Counted from the stretch's first letter, positions 21,257 through 32,441 are shown. The stretch: DNA of 64,000 nucleotides from an uncultured Gammaproteobacteria bacterium (GCA_963729605.1 CAVSNY010000007.1:544001-608000), one strand, 5' to 3'. A program made the numbers and translations. Notes: generated by a model not told the origin, from the sequence alone.

Positions 21257-22360
21257 TCAGGTCGGCGACGATTTGAGTTGAGTGAGTAATTGCTGCACCG
21301 GCGCCGCGAGTCCGCCCGGCGGCGGCGCGTCGAGATTGTACCAAACGGCCCCCGCCTCATCCATGACGCCAGCCACGTCGCTTGTATAACGGGCCAGCAC
21401 CGGTTGGATATCGAGATGAAAATGACTGAAGGTGTGGCGCAGGGGCGTCCAATGGGTGGTGTCCGCCACCTCGCAGCGCAGTTGTTCGCGGCACCACGCG
21501 GCGACATCGGTCTGCGCCGGGCATTCCGGCAGGCTCCACAAACCGCCCCAGATCCCGGCGGGCGGACGTTTCATCAGCAACACCGTGCCGGCCTTGCGCA
21601 GCAACAACATTTGGGTGCTGCGCACCGGTAAAACGCGGCGCGGTTTGGCGGTGGGGATGAACGCGACGCGGTCTTCCGCGCGCGCGACGCAGTCGACGCC
21701 GACCGGGCAGCGTTCGCAGGCGGGACGGCCGCGGGTGCACAAGGTCGCGCCGAGATCCATGATGGCCTGGGTGTAATCATCGCTGCGCCGCGCGGGCGTA
21801 TGACGGGCGGCCACCTCCCACAACAACGTTTCGACTTGTTTGACGCCGGGCCAGCCCTCGATGCCGTGATAACGCGTGAGCACCCGCTTGACGTTGCCGT
21901 CCAAGATGGGATGGTGCTGGCCTAAAGACAGCGCGAGGATCGCGCCGGCGGTGGAGCGGCCGATGCCGGGCAGTTCCACCAGCGTAGCGTGGTCGCGCGG
22001 GAGTTCGCCGTGGAAGACGTCGCGGATCAGCTGCGCGGCGCGGTGCAGATTGCGGGCGCGGGCGTAATAACCCAGCCCGCTCCAGTGGCGCAGCACCTCG
22101 TCGGCGGGCGCGTCGGCGAGCGTTACCACGTCGGGAAAGCGTTGCATGAAACGCTGGTAATAAGGGATGACGGTGCCGACCTGAGTCTGTTGCAGCATGA
22201 TCTCCGACACCCACACCCGATACGGCGAGGGCTCGTGTTGCCAGGGCAGATCCTTGCGGCCGTGGTGATCCCACCAGGCGAGCAGCCGCTCGCTGAAACG
22301 GTCCGCGTCGGGCGGCGGCGCGCCGCGGTTTTCGCCGGACGCGGGCGGGCGGCGGGTCAT
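21257..22360 (-). CDS. mutY: A/G-specific adenine glycosylase
   Basis: VWVSEIMLQQTQV, GLGYYARARN, LPGIGRSTAGAI, 4Fe-4S Cys motif. Confidence 0.96.
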   Translation of the reverse strand: MTRRPPASGENRGAPPPDADRFSERLLAWWDHHGRKDLPWQHEPSPYRVWVSEIMLQQTQVGTVIPYYQRFMQRFPDVVTLADAPADEVLRHWSGLGYYARARNLHRAAQLIRDVFHGELPRDHATLVELPGIGRSTAGAILALSLGQHHPILDGNVKRVLTRYHGIEGWPGVKQVETLLWEVAARHTPARRSDDYTQAIMDLGATLCTRGRPACERCPVGVDCVARAEDRVAFIPTAKPRRVLPVRSTQMLLLRKAGTVLLMKRPPAGIWGGLWSLPECPAQTDVAAWCREQLRCEVADTTHWTPLRHTFSHFHLDIQPVLARYTSDVAGVMDEAGAVWYNLDAPPPGGLAAPVQQLLTQLKSSPT

Positions 22361-24645
22361 TTGAACATGTCCTTCAATTTATTCTGCAACTGCTCCTGCA
22401 CCTTTTCCTCCAGCTTTTTCTGTTGTTGTTGGAGTTTTTCCTGGGCCTCCTGCTTTTTTGTTTCGAGCTTCCCGCGCAGCTGTTCTTCCTTGGCCTTCAG
22501 TTCGGCCTCCAGCTTTTCCTTCTCGACGTCGAGGCGATCTTTCACCTGCCGCTTGAGCGCCTCGTCGAGATCGACGCTGAATGACGGCGCGTTCAGCGGG
22601 CCTTGAACCTTAACCGGTATCGTCACGTCTTTGAACCGGCCGAGTTGTTTGGCGAATTGACCGGTGGGTTTGGCGTCCAAACGCAGGGCGATCCGTTCGC
22701 TCGCCAGGTTGACGCTGCCGCGGCCTTTGACGTTGAGTTGGGCCGAATTGAGGGTGAGATCATTGGTGGCGAGGTCGCCGTCGGTCACCTTGGCGGTGGC
22801 GCTGAAATTGGAGAACACCGTCTGATTGAGGGTGGCGGGATCGCTCACCAGATTTTGCAGATACTTCGCGTAATCCTTTTGGATCAACTCCACCAGATTG
22901 ACGCCGTTGACCCGGCCGCCGCTGAAGACGAAGCCGAGCTGGCCGTTGAGCGAGCGGCGGAGTTCCGCGCTGTCGCCGGCGGTGCCGCTGAGTCGCAGAT
23001 GGATGTTGCCGGTGCCGCTCACCAAGTCTTTTTCCAGCCAGTCGCGGCTGAGCGGGCCGATCTCGATCTTGCTTAAGGTGTCATTGGTGTTGAAGGTCAG
23101 TTTTTCGCCGCGGGCGTCGAGGGCGAGGTCGCCGCGATAGGTGCCGCCGTACAAATTGGCCGTCAATGGCTGGGCGCGCAACCGGCCGTCCTTGGCTTTG
23201 AAGCCCAGTTCGAGATCGCTCAAATGCAGTTTGGCGATTTTGAGTTTGCCGACGCGGAGTTTGCCGTCCACGTCCAACTTGCGGAGGGTGGCGAGCGGCA
23301 ATTCCCGCGCGCCGGCGGCGGCCGCCGCCGTAGGGGGCGCGGCGGCGGGAACGGTTTCCGGCGCGGGCGGCGCCAGGTAACGGTCGGCGTCGATGCCGTC
23401 GAGGGCGAGCTGGAAGCGGATCGCCGGAGCGGCGAAATCACGGAGGGCGGCGTTGCCGCTGAGCGTGGATTGATCCAGCTTGAGAACCAGCTTGGTAAGT
23501 TCGATGTCTTGGGCGGAGGCCTGAAATGCCAGTTGGCCGCTCACCACGCTGAGTGCCTTGGGGTCGGCGGTCACCGGCGCGCGCATGCCGAGTTTGCTCA
23601 TGAGTTCGCGGGCGTTGAAGTCGGCGATGGTCAGCGCGCCGTCGAAACGCGGCGTGCCGCTGAGGTCCCGGCCTTGCACCGCGCCCGTGGTCTTGACGCC
23701 CGCCACGGTGAGGGTGAGCGGTTCGGCCTTGAAGCGTTGTTCTTGCAGGTCGAGTTCGATCCGGGTGGCGAGATCGGCGGCGATGGTTTGGGCGGGCAGT
23801 TTACCGCCGCTCAGCTTGGCGGCGATTTTGAGGTCGTTGATCGCGTAACGCCGTTCCGCGAAGTTGAGCGTGGCGTGCGCCTGTAGATCCAGCTCGGTAT
23901 TTTCGGCGGGCAATGTTTCGCCCCGTAGCGTGGCCGCGAGTTGGATGTCGCGCAAATTCAACACTTGGCCGGCGACGTCATACTCCGCCACGGTGGCGAG
24001 CTGCAACCGGCCGTTCAGCGCGGGCGCGCTGCCGGCGACGTCGAAATCCATGTCGAGCCGCACCGGCTCCGATGGGGAAATGGGGCCGCTGCGCAGATTG
24101 AGTTTGCTGATGTCGTAACGCGCGGGCGCGGCTTGATCGTCCCAGATCAAGGTGGCGTCGCGCAGGTTTACCCCGCCGATGGCCAGGCTGGCCAGGGCGG
24201 GGGCGGGATTGGTGTCGTCCGCGGATTTTTCTTCCGTCGATTGCCCCGCCAAGTCGTCCCAGTTGTTGCGCCCCGCCGCGTCGCGGCGCAATAACAGATA
24301 AAGCCCGTCGAGGGTGACGGTACTCACTTCCACTTCCTTTTTGAACAAGGGCAGCAGTTTGACCTTCACCGCGGCGCCGCCGATCTTCGCGAAGGGTTCG
24401 GGGCCGAAGCCGGCGGCGTTGCTCAATTCCATGGCGCCGAGCTCCACGCCCAGCCAGGGGAAGAGGGATAAACCGAGGTCGCCGTGGATGGTGAGCTCGC
24501 GTCCGGTGGCGTCGCGCACCGCGCTGACGATGTCGGCTTTGTATTGGTTGGGATCGAAGGTCAGCACGATGAATATCGCGGCGGCGGCCAGCAGCGCCGC
24601 CGCGCCGCCGGTGAGCCACAGTAAACCCTTCAATGCTTTTTTCAT
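22357..24645 (-). CDS. asmA: AsmA family protein
   Basis: N-terminal TM, FDPNQYK, TGRELTI.GDL.LSLFPWLG; asmA-mutY-yggX order. Confidence 0.85.
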   Translation of the reverse strand: MKKALKGLLWLTGGAAALLAAAAIFIVLTFDPNQYKADIVSAVRDATGRELTIHGDLGLSLFPWLGVELGAMELSNAAGFGPEPFAKIGGAAVKVKLLPLFKKEVEVSTVTLDGLYLLLRRDAAGRNNWDDLAGQSTEEKSADDTNPAPALASLAIGGVNLRDATLIWDDQAAPARYDISKLNLRSGPISPSEPVRLDMDFDVAGSAPALNGRLQLATVAEYDVAGQVLNLRDIQLAATLRGETLPAENTELDLQAHATLNFAERRYAINDLKIAAKLSGGKLPAQTIAADLATRIELDLQEQRFKAEPLTLTVAGVKTTGAVQGRDLSGTPRFDGALTIADFNARELMSKLGMRAPVTADPKALSVVSGQLAFQASAQDIELTKLVLKLDQSTLSGNAALRDFAAPAIRFQLALDGIDADRYLAPPAPETVPAAAPPTAAAAAGARELPLATLRKLDVDGKLRVGKLKIAKLHLSDLELGFKAKDGRLRAQPLTANLYGGTYRGDLALDARGEKLTFNTNDTLSKIEIGPLSRDWLEKDLVSGTGNIHLRLSGTAGDSAELRRSLNGQLGFVFSGGRVNGVNLVELIQKDYAKYLQNLVSDPATLNQTVFSNFSATAKVTDGDLATNDLTLNSAQLNVKGRGSVNLASERIALRLDAKPTGQFAKQLGRFKDVTIPVKVQGPLNAPSFSVDLDEALKRQVKDRLDVEKEKLEAELKAKEEQLRGKLETKKQEAQEKLQQQQKKLEEKVQEQLQNKLKDMFK

Positions 24646-24900
24646 GAAACTTCCCTTTGCGAGGCGGTTTTGCGAACGAGGGCCGATGCGGCCTGACGCG
24701 GCGGGCCCGGGGGCGGCGTGCTGAGCCGGTATGATACCGCGCGTCCGGCGCGCCGCCTATCGATGCGGCATCGAAAGGATTTGGCAATCCCGTTTCCCAT
24801 CCGGCCGGCGGGTAATTAAGCAGCCGGTCGGAGAAAAGAGGATATGGTATCCTTGCGCCTGCATGCGGCGCCCGGGTGCGCTCCAGGCTGGGAGGATGAA

Positions 24901-25293
24901 ATGTCCGTGCTGGAACAGCGGTCGATTTTGATAAAAAGCGGCGAATTGGAGAGTGACGGCTTGTTGTATTCGCAAGTCTTCGCCCCTCAGGAGCGTCTGC
25001 TGCGCGCGATGAAGGTGTGGGGCTTGTCGTGGCTGCTCGCGGTGCCGTCGATCCTCCTCCCGATCGCGCACTGGGTGCTGGTGCCCGGCTTCATCATTGC
25101 CGGGCCGATCTGGGCCTATAAGCGTTATCGCACGCCCTCGGTCCCCGATCATGTCAGTGGCCATTGCCCGATGCAGCACGAGGAAATCTCCGTGCCGTTG
25201 GAGGCCTCCGACCGCTTGCCGATGTGGACCCATTGCCCCGTGTGTCACGCATCCTTGCAGTTCGTCGAGCGGGAACAGGCCCCGCTCTCCTGA
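24901..25293 (+). CDS. Hypothetical membrane protein with Cys motifs
   Basis: GGAGG RBS, two TM helices, CPMQH and CPVC. Confidence 0.7.
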   Translation: MSVLEQRSILIKSGELESDGLLYSQVFAPQERLLRAMKVWGLSWLLAVPSILLPIAHWVLVPGFIIAGPIWAYKRYRTPSVPDHVSGHCPMQHEEISVPLEASDRLPMWTHCPVCHASLQFVEREQAPLS

Positions 25294-25335
25294 TGAAGGT
25301 ATTACGTGTTATTGAATTGTGACGGGTAGTTATTC

Positions 25336-25434
25336 ATGCGAGCGACCATGGCCATTATGATACTCGGCGTGCTGGTGATATCGGCGGCCGCCACCCTCTT
25401 TTTGATGCTTTACCTCCTCGGGATCATCGGTTGA
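25336..25434 (+). CDS. Putative 32-aa single-TM small protein
   Basis: MRATMAIMILGVLVISAAATLFLMLYLLGIIG read by hand; below the ORF-track cutoff. Confidence 0.4.
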   Translation: MRATMAIMILGVLVISAAATLFLMLYLLGIIG

Positions 25435-25565
25435 CGATTTGACGCCGGCACGTGGGTGCCGGGCTTTCGCGCGCCGTTTTCGGCCGCTTGCTTTATCCGT
25501 GGCGGTGTGATTATCCTCCTATAGGGTAAGTGAATCGCGCCACAACCGGGAGGCAGGGTAAGCTT

Positions 25566-26057
25566 ATGAACGCATGCTGTGTTGTAACCGTCGATGGAAC
25601 GCGGGCTCGTTTTTTTTCCTTGGAAAAATCGCCGCGGCCCGCGGTGGAGGCGGGGCCTTTGCTGGTGGAGCAGGAAGAGGCCTTGATCAATACCGAACAC
25701 GAGATGTCGGGACGCGAGTTGTGGAGCGACACCAAGTCCGGCCGTAATGCGGCGAACGGGATGGCCCATAGTTACGACGATCACCGCACCCAGCACGTGG
25801 ATGAAGTACAGCGTCGTTTCGCCAAACGGGTCGCCGAACAGGCCGTGCGGTTGGCCGAACGCACGGGCGCCAAAAAACTGATCCTGGCCGCGGAAAAACA
25901 AATGCTGGGTTTTCTGCGCGGGGCGCTGCAAGTCCCGCCCAAGGCCGGCTTCGAGGTGCGCGAGTTGGCCAAGGATTTGAGCCGTTTGTCCCCGCAGGAT
26001 TTGCAAGGCCATCTGGCGGCCGAGGGATTGGTGCCGGCGCGGCAGCGGCCCGCTTGA
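25566..26057 (+). CDS. Host-attachment / baeRF-like protein
   Basis: VVTVDGTRARFF, SDTKSGR, RRFAKRVA, LILAAEKQMLGFLR, KDL. Confidence 0.75.
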   Translation: MNACCVVTVDGTRARFFSLEKSPRPAVEAGPLLVEQEEALINTEHEMSGRELWSDTKSGRNAANGMAHSYDDHRTQHVDEVQRRFAKRVAEQAVRLAERTGAKKLILAAEKQMLGFLRGALQVPPKAGFEVRELAKDLSRLSPQDLQGHLAAEGLVPARQRPA

Positions 26058-26155
26058 AGGCGGTTTACGCCGGCTCGTTAAATACCGCTACGGCGGATCG
26101 CCGGGATCATGGGCCGCCGAGGTCGCGGACGAAAGTAAGGCTGGGCCGGATGAAG

Positions 26156-26229
26156 TGGAGCGGGTGATGGGAATCGAACCCACGCTATCAGCTTGGGAAG
26201 CTGAAGTTCTACCATTGAACTACACCCGC
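26156..26229 (-). tRNA. tRNA-Gly(CCC)
   Basis: GCGGGTGTAGTTCAATGGTAGAAC...TTCCCAA...GGTTCGATTCCCATCACCCGCTCCA, 74 nt. Confidence 0.97.
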
Positions 26230-26454
26230 GGGAGTCCCGCATTTTACGTGTTCGGTGCCGCCGGTCAATCCCGCGTCGGCTACGGCGGTTTTTCGCGCTG
26301 ATCGCCTGACGCACGAGTTAAGGTGGATGGCGCATTTTTCACATAGCGGTGTGCCCCCATGTTACATGGCTCGCCGCGGAGCGGTTTGCACGGCCGGGCG
26401 CCTGTCATGTGTTAAATCCGTGTATGGAACGTATTGTAAGGTGAAATCTTGGAC

Positions 26455-26655
26455 GTGGATGTATATGTGAATGGCGAGCCGCGCCGTCTCCCCGCCGGCG
26501 TGACGGTGGCGCAACTGCTCGACGAGCTGGCCCTCACCGGCCAGCGCCTGGCCGTGGAAGTAAATCTGGAAATCGTGCCGCGCAGCGCCCATGCCGCGCA
26601 CACCCTGCGTACCGGCGACCGGGTGGAGATCGTCCGTGCCATCGGCGGCGGTTAG
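26455..26655 (+). CDS. thiS: Sulfur carrier protein ThiS
   Basis: VNGE, AVEVNLEIVPR, C-terminal IGGG; upstream of thiG. Confidence 0.93.
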   Translation: MDVYVNGEPRRLPAGVTVAQLLDELALTGQRLAVEVNLEIVPRSAHAAHTLRTGDRVEIVRAIGGG

Positions 26656-26723
26656 AACAGGTTCTTAGGCCCATCGATGCGCGCGGGTTATAATCGGCCC
26701 CAGATTTTTTCCAGCATTTTAGG

Positions 26724-27524
26724 ATGACCTCAATGGCACAGACGACCCGTGACCCGCTCATCATCGCCGGGGTGGAATACCAATCCCGCCTGCTGGTGGG
26801 CACCGGCAAATATAAAGACCTCGACGAGACCCGCCGCGCCGTGGAGGCCAGTGGCGCCGAGATCATCACCGTCGCGATCCGCCGCACCAACATCGGCCAG
26901 CACAAGGGCGAGCCCAATCTGCTCGACGTGTTGCCGCCGGATAAATACACCTACCTGCCCAATACCGCCGGCTGCTACAGCGCCGACGACGCGATCCGCA
27001 CCTGCCGCCTGGCGCGCGAGCTGCTCGACGGCCACGACCTGGTCAAGCTCGAGGTGCTGGGCGACGAGAAGACTTTATTCCCCGACATCGTGCAGACCCT
27101 CGCGGCCGCCGAGGTGCTGATCAAGGACGGCTTCAAGGTCATGGTCTACACCAACGACGACCCCATCATCGCCAAACGTTTCGAGGCGCTGGGTTGCGTG
27201 GCGGTGATGCCGCTGGCCGCGCCGATCGGTTCCGGCCTGGGCGTGCGCAATCCTTATAACATCCTCACCATCGTCGAAAACGCCGAGGTGCCGATTTTGG
27301 TGGACGCCGGCGTCGGCACCGCCAGCGACGCGGCCCTGGCCATGGAGCTCGGCTGCGACGGCGTGCTGATGAACACCGCCATCGCCGGCGCCAAGCAGCC
27401 GGTGCTGATGGCCTCGGCGATGAAGAAGGGCATCGAGGCGGGCCGCGAGGCGTTTCTCGCGGGGCGTATTCCGCGCAAACGTTTCGCCAGCGCCTCGTCG
27501 CCCATCGACGGGACGTTTTTTTAG
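26724..27524 (+). CDS. thiG: Thiazole synthase
   Basis: [37 protein letters not shown]. Confidence 0.96.
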   Translation: MTSMAQTTRDPLIIAGVEYQSRLLVGTGKYKDLDETRRAVEASGAEIITVAIRRTNIGQHKGEPNLLDVLPPDKYTYLPNTAGCYSADDAIRTCRLARELLDGHDLVKLEVLGDEKTLFPDIVQTLAAAEVLIKDGFKVMVYTNDDPIIAKRFEALGCVAVMPLAAPIGSGLGVRNPYNILTIVENAEVPILVDAGVGTASDAALAMELGCDGVLMNTAIAGAKQPVLMASAMKKGIEAGREAFLAGRIPRKRFASASSPIDGTFF

Positions 27525-27685
27525 GGAAAAACTCGTCAACGCACAGACGCAAAAACAAAGAATATTAAAGACGCTACCGTTCAGGACTATCCTCGGATGA
27601 AGTATGTGGACGATCTCTTCGTCATAGCGGCGGGGGAGAATTTCGATAGGGTGCATTGCGGCCTCGGCGTCTTCGCCTTGTCTGT

Positions 27686-28369
27686 ATGAGCGAACCCGCA
27701 CCACGCCGCATCCGCAGCTTCGTGCGCCGTCAAGGGCGCATGACCAAGTCCCAGCACAGCGCCCTGGACCGCTTGTGGGATCGTTATGTCATCGTGCCGG
27801 AAGACGTGCTCGATCTCGATGCCTTGTTCGGCCGCGCCGCGCCGCGGGTGTTGGAGATCGGCTTCGGCATGGGCGACTCGTTGGCGGCGATGGCGCTGGC
27901 GCATCCCGAACGCGATTATCTCGGTATCGAAGTGCATCGTCCCGGCGTCGGCCGCCTGCTGAGTCATTTGGAGGCGCAGGGCAACGGCAATGTGCGGGTG
28001 ATCTGCGCCGACGCGGTGGAGGTGCTGCAACGCCATGTGCCGGACGCGAGCTTCGACACCGTGCAATTATTTTTCCCCGACCCCTGGCCCAAACAGCGCC
28101 ACCACAAACGCCGCATCGTACAAAGCGAATTCGTTGAACTGCTGCGCCGCAAACTCAAAATCGGCGGCGTCTTTCACGTCGCCACCGATTGGGAACACTA
28201 CGCCGAACATGTGTTGACGGTGCTGGCGCAGGCGCCGGGTTTTCGCAACAACGCCGGCGCCGCCCGCTACACCGAACGGCCCGATGATCGCCCACCGACC
28301 AAATTCGAACAGCGCGGCCAACGCCTGGGACATGCGATCCGCGATCTGATTTTTGTGCGGGAAGGATGA
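27686..28369 (+). CDS. trmB: tRNA (guanine-N7)-methyltransferase
   Basis: [36 protein letters not shown]. Confidence 0.95.
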   Translation: MSEPAPRRIRSFVRRQGRMTKSQHSALDRLWDRYVIVPEDVLDLDALFGRAAPRVLEIGFGMGDSLAAMALAHPERDYLGIEVHRPGVGRLLSHLEAQGNGNVRVICADAVEVLQRHVPDASFDTVQLFFPDPWPKQRHHKRRIVQSEFVELLRRKLKIGGVFHVATDWEHYAEHVLTVLAQAPGFRNNAGAARYTERPDDRPPTKFEQRGQRLGHAIRDLIFVREG

Positions 28370-28465
28370 GGCGGAGTGCGCGGCGATGACGCCCGCGGAA
28401 TACGGTGGGCTGGGTGGAGGAAGCCAAACCTGGTCCGTTCGACACTGAAAAAACCTCAGCATACG

Positions 28466-28592
28466 TCCCCTCTCCCGCAGGCGGGAGAGGGTCAGGGTGA
28501 GGGAAGGGAGCGATGAGAAAGGCGCTTTTGCGGAGTGGCGGCGGACATCCAGGCGCCCCCCTCGCTCCGCTCTCCCCGCCCGCGGGAGAGGA
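28466..28592. repeat. REP-like palindromes (CCCTCTCCC...GGGAGAGGG..AGGGTGAGGG)
   Basis: Inverted pair; same family at 57821-57859 and 57941-57975. Confidence 0.65.
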
Positions 28593-28914
28593 GGAATAAC
28601 GCATCAGCCGGTTTGAAATCTGTATTCCAATGTTGGGGCAGGTTCGATGTGTCGCGGTCCTCGGGAAACAATTCGCACATTTGTGGGCGAATTGACTTAC
28701 GTCGAGCGACGTTGATTCCTTTTGCCCCGGACGTCCTGCGTCCGCCCGACGCGCTATTACGCGCCGCGTCAGGGCGAGCACAATGACTGACGCCGCTTCG
28801 CGGTTACCGCGACTTTTCTCCCTCCGCTCTCCCTGGCTCGCTGGCGAGTCTCTCTTCTGGTCGTGCGCGGCTGGATTTTCAATCCAGCCTACCTCGGTTC
28901 GCTTCACGCTACGC

Positions 28915-29030
28915 GCCGTCAGCAGTCCCGCCGACACCACCGCCAGGATGCTGATGAGGAAGATGCCGTCGAAGGTGCCCGCGCCGCCGATGGAAGCGAT
29001 CGGCGTGCGAGTCCGCGTATGAGGTGAACG
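28915..29030 (-). pseudogene. DUF1614-like membrane protein C-terminal remnant
   Basis: Minus strand reads PIASIGGAGTFDGIFLISILAVVSAGLL with no intact upstream frame. Confidence 0.5.
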
Positions 29031-29295
29031 TCATTCCGGGTCAGGCCCGCGGGATGTTTAATTCTGACTAAGTGGCGAAGCGGCTGGCGTGTGGCCGCCG
29101 GCCCACCGGCCCGATGGCCAATCAATATTGCGCATTATGTCGAAATGATGACAGGCGTTGGCGCCCCGGGCCACCGGACAGGGCGCCAATTCGGCCGGCG
29201 CGGCGCGCTTTTGGCGCGGCGTGTACAATAGCGCCTCGCTTTTTTGGTTATAAGCCGCCGGGCGAGGTGCCCGGCCGGTCGAGAGGAGTTTTGCA

Positions 29296-30612
29296 ATGTT
29301 CGTTTGGGAACTGGTCGTCATCTTTTTGCTGATTCTGTTGAACGGGGCCTTCGCCATGTCGGAAATGGCGGTCGTCTCGTCGCGGCGGGCGCGCTTGAAA
29401 ATGATGGTCACCCGCGGCTCGCGCGGCGCCGGCCTGGCCTTGCGGCTGATCGACGATCCCAGCCGCTTTCTTTCCACCGTGCAGATCGGCATCACCCTGA
29501 TCGGCATCGTGGCGGGTGCCTACGGCGGCGCCACCCTCGGAGAAGAACTCGGCGCCTGGCTCAATACCTTCCCGTTGTTCGAGCCTTACGGCGGGGCGCT
29601 GGGGTTCGGCATCGTCATCATGGCGATCACTTATCTTTCGCTGATTTTCGGCGAGCTGGTGCCCAAACGGGTGGCCTTGCACAGCCCCGAGCGCATCGCG
29701 ATCTTGGCGGCGGCGCCGATGATGCTGATCTCCAAGGTGGCGGCCCCGCTGGTGTGGCTGCTCAAACTGTCCATCGACGCGGTGCTGCGCGTGCTCAAGC
29801 GCGACACCGCGCGCGAGACGGCGGTGACCGAGGACGAGGTCAAGTCGCTCATCAGCGAAGGGACCCTGGCCGGCATTTTCGTCCCCGCGGAACGGGAGAT
29901 GATCGAAGGCGTATTGCGCCTCGCCGATCGCGCGGTGCGGGTCATCATGACCCCGCGTAACGACGTGGCGTGGCTGGATGTCGGCGACACGCCGGCCCAG
30001 GTACGGCGCAAGATCAGTCAGGCGGGATTCTCCCGCTTTCCGGTTTGCCGCGGGGCGCTGGACGAACTCATCGGCGTCGTCCACACCAAGGATCTGCTCG
30101 ACGCCGCCTTGCGCGGCGAAACGCTTTCGCTGGTCAAACACGCCGTCGAACCCATGGTGGTGCCGGAAGGAACGTCGGTGCTGCGCCTGCTGGAACAGTT
30201 CAAGAAAACCGGCGTGCATATCGCGGTGATCGTCGATGAGTTCGGCATGGTGGAAGGCATCGCCACGCTCACCGATATCCTGGAGGCGATCGTCGGTGAA
30301 TTGCCCGAGCAAGGTGAAACCGCCTTGCCGGAGGCCGTGCAGCGCGAGGACGGCTCGTGGCTGGTGGACGGCATGATGCCGATGGATGAATTCGAGGACC
30401 GCGTCGGTCTGCACGGCCTGCGCGCGCCGGGAAAATACGAAACCGTCGGCGGTTTCATCTTGCACGTCCTGGGGCACTTCCCCGTGACCGGCGAAAATTT
30501 TCTGCATGACGGCACCCGTTTTGAAGTCGTGGACATGGACGGCCGCCGCGTCGACAAGGTGTTGGTACATCCGCAGTCAAACGATGATAAAGGCGAGACC
30601 ACCGACTTGTGA
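29296..30612 (+). CDS. HlyC/CorC (CNNM-CBS-CorC) family transporter
   Basis: NGAFAMSEMAVVSSR, FLSTVQIGIT, GELVPKR, CBS pair, C-terminal CorC domain. Confidence 0.92.
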   Translation: MFVWELVVIFLLILLNGAFAMSEMAVVSSRRARLKMMVTRGSRGAGLALRLIDDPSRFLSTVQIGITLIGIVAGAYGGATLGEELGAWLNTFPLFEPYGGALGFGIVIMAITYLSLIFGELVPKRVALHSPERIAILAAAPMMLISKVAAPLVWLLKLSIDAVLRVLKRDTARETAVTEDEVKSLISEGTLAGIFVPAEREMIEGVLRLADRAVRVIMTPRNDVAWLDVGDTPAQVRRKISQAGFSRFPVCRGALDELIGVVHTKDLLDAALRGETLSLVKHAVEPMVVPEGTSVLRLLEQFKKTGVHIAVIVDEFGMVEGIATLTDILEAIVGELPEQGETALPEAVQREDGSWLVDGMMPMDEFEDRVGLHGLRAPGKYETVGGFILHVLGHFPVTGENFLHDGTRFEVVDMDGRRVDKVLVHPQSNDDKGETTDL

Positions 30613-30682
30613 TCGGTGGATGATCGTTGCGCTCAACCCGGTTGCGTAGAATCTCGGCAGGACCGCCGCAAAAGACGCCCGC

Positions 30683-31516
30683 TCACGCCGTGAACGCCAA
30701 CACGCCCGCCAGATCGCAATGATGCAAACCGGTGTGCGCCTGTGCCCGCACCTTGGGTTTGGCGTGATAGGCGATGCTCAAACCCGCTGCTTTCATCATC
30801 AGCAGGTCGTTGGCGCCGTCGCCCATGGCGATGGCCTGCGCCGGTGTGATGTTCAATTCTTTGCACAGGTCAAACAGGAAATCGCGTTTGCCTTCGGCGC
30901 CGACGATCTTGCCCAGCACGCGGCCGGTGAGTTTGCCGTCAATGATTTCCAGGGTATTGGCGCGCGCGTAGTCGAGGCCCAGGCGTGCCTTCAGCCGTTC
31001 GGTGAAATAGGTGAAGCCGCCGGAGACCAGAGCCACTTTGATGCCGCGTGCTTGCAACCCGGCGAGCAGGATGTCGGCGCCTGGGTTGGGGCGCAAACGT
31101 TCCTGGTAAACATGTTCCAGCGCGGCGGCGTCGAGGCCGGCGAGCAGGCCGACGCGGCGGGTCAGCGATTGTTCAAAATCGAGTTCGCCGCGCATCGCCG
31201 CCTCGGTGATGGCGGCCACTTGCGGTTTCAGTCCGGCGAAGTCGGCGATCTCGTCGATGCACTCGATGTTGATGAGGGTGGAATCCATGTCGGTGATCAG
31301 CAGGCGCACCTGCGCGGGATCGAAATCGTGCGGCAGCGGGTTGATGTCGCAGGGCAGCTCGGCGCGTAGCGTGTGCAGCAGTTCGGCTTGCGGCGGGTGT
31401 GCGGTGTGGACGCGCATGTGATCGGCGCGTTCTTCCAGCGTGCCGCCCAGACGTCGGGCGGTTTCCGCGGCGAGGTCGGCGGTGAGCCGCGGGCCTTGTA
31501 AAATGATGGTGGTCAT
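30683..31516 (-). CDS. serB: Phosphoserine phosphatase
   Basis: DMDSTLINIECIDE, VSGGF, GDGANDL. Confidence 0.94.
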   Translation of the reverse strand: MTTIILQGPRLTADLAAETARRLGGTLEERADHMRVHTAHPPQAELLHTLRAELPCDINPLPHDFDPAQVRLLITDMDSTLINIECIDEIADFAGLKPQVAAITEAAMRGELDFEQSLTRRVGLLAGLDAAALEHVYQERLRPNPGADILLAGLQARGIKVALVSGGFTYFTERLKARLGLDYARANTLEIIDGKLTGRVLGKIVGAEGKRDFLFDLCKELNITPAQAIAMGDGANDLLMMKAAGLSIAYHAKPKVRAQAHTGLHHCDLAGVLAFTA

Positions 31517-31588
31517 GGTGCGCCGTGCGTGAAAAATCAGAAGCGCATCTTAGCAGCCCCGCGCCGGCTTGTGCAGCGCGCGGGTAGC

Positions 31589-32278
31589 TCAAAACTGCAA
31601 TTGGATGACGGCCTGCAGCGCGATCTGCTGGCGGCTGGTGCCCGCCTCGCCGGCCACCGGCGCGCCGCTGTCCATCTCGGCCTTGGCCATGCGGAGCATC
31701 ATGGGCATGGGCGGCGGCGCGCCCGCGCCTTGCACGCTCAGGCGTACTATGCGATAGCTTTTAGCGCCCAGGCTGCGTTGGATGCGGGCGGCGCGTTCCT
31801 TGAAATTTTCCATGGCCTGATCCACCAGCTGCGCCTCGCCGGCGCGCTGGCGGGCGGGCGAGACGATGAACTGCATGCTCTTTATTTGCAGGCGTTGCTG
31901 CAGGGCGCCGGCCAATACGTTGAGGTCCTCGATTTTCTCGCTGCGCAGTATCAAGTGCTGCGTGCCGCGCCAGTGGTGCAGCCGGGTGTCGTCGTAGACC
32001 GGGTAGGTTTGATAATCGCCGCTGCGCGATTCGATGGCGGGGCGCTTGCGCACCTCGCCCAGCGCCCAGCTCATGGCGCGATTGATCTCGGCGGCGAGCT
32101 GCGCCGGATCGGTGTGTTCCGCCTCCGCCGCCAGCGTCACCTCGGCAAGATCGTTTTGCAGTTCACCGGAGGCCTCCACGGTGAACTCCACTTGATCGTA
32201 ATGCAGGTCTTCGGCGCGGGCGTGGTTCGCCGCGGCCAGCGCCGCGATCAAGATGAGTGAAACAAACCAAGGTTTCAT
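31589..32278 (-). CDS. SIMPL/DUF541 periplasmic protein
   Basis: Signal peptide, YQTYPVY, overall SIMPL-like pattern. Confidence 0.8.
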   Translation of the reverse strand: MKPWFVSLILIAALAAANHARAEDLHYDQVEFTVEASGELQNDLAEVTLAAEAEHTDPAQLAAEINRAMSWALGEVRKRPAIESRSGDYQTYPVYDDTRLHHWRGTQHLILRSEKIEDLNVLAGALQQRLQIKSMQFIVSPARQRAGEAQLVDQAMENFKERAARIQRSLGAKSYRIVRLSVQGAGAPPPMPMMLRMAKAEMDSGAPVAGEAGTSRQQIALQAVIQLQF

Positions 32279-32311
32279 AGTGCGTGTGCTCCTTTGAGGA
32301 TGACTGAAAGC

Positions 32312-32441
32312 TGTCTCAAAATCGGGATATGGATTTCAAACCGGTTAACCGTCCGCGCTCCATATGAATATTTCTCGGGAAATAATCCATGTTCATGGGC
32401 GCCATAGGGGGCGAATACTCTTAAATCCATTTTGAGATAAG
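32312..32441. mobile_element. MITE-like element, copy 1
   Basis: Terminal inverted repeats TGTCTCAAAAT/ATTTTGAGATA; internally similar to 49036-49178. Confidence 0.7.

Noticed and set aside
26230-26455. TPP riboswitch upstream of thiS-thiG
   Set aside because: The conserved CTGAGA / CCTGA..AATGC core is not evident.
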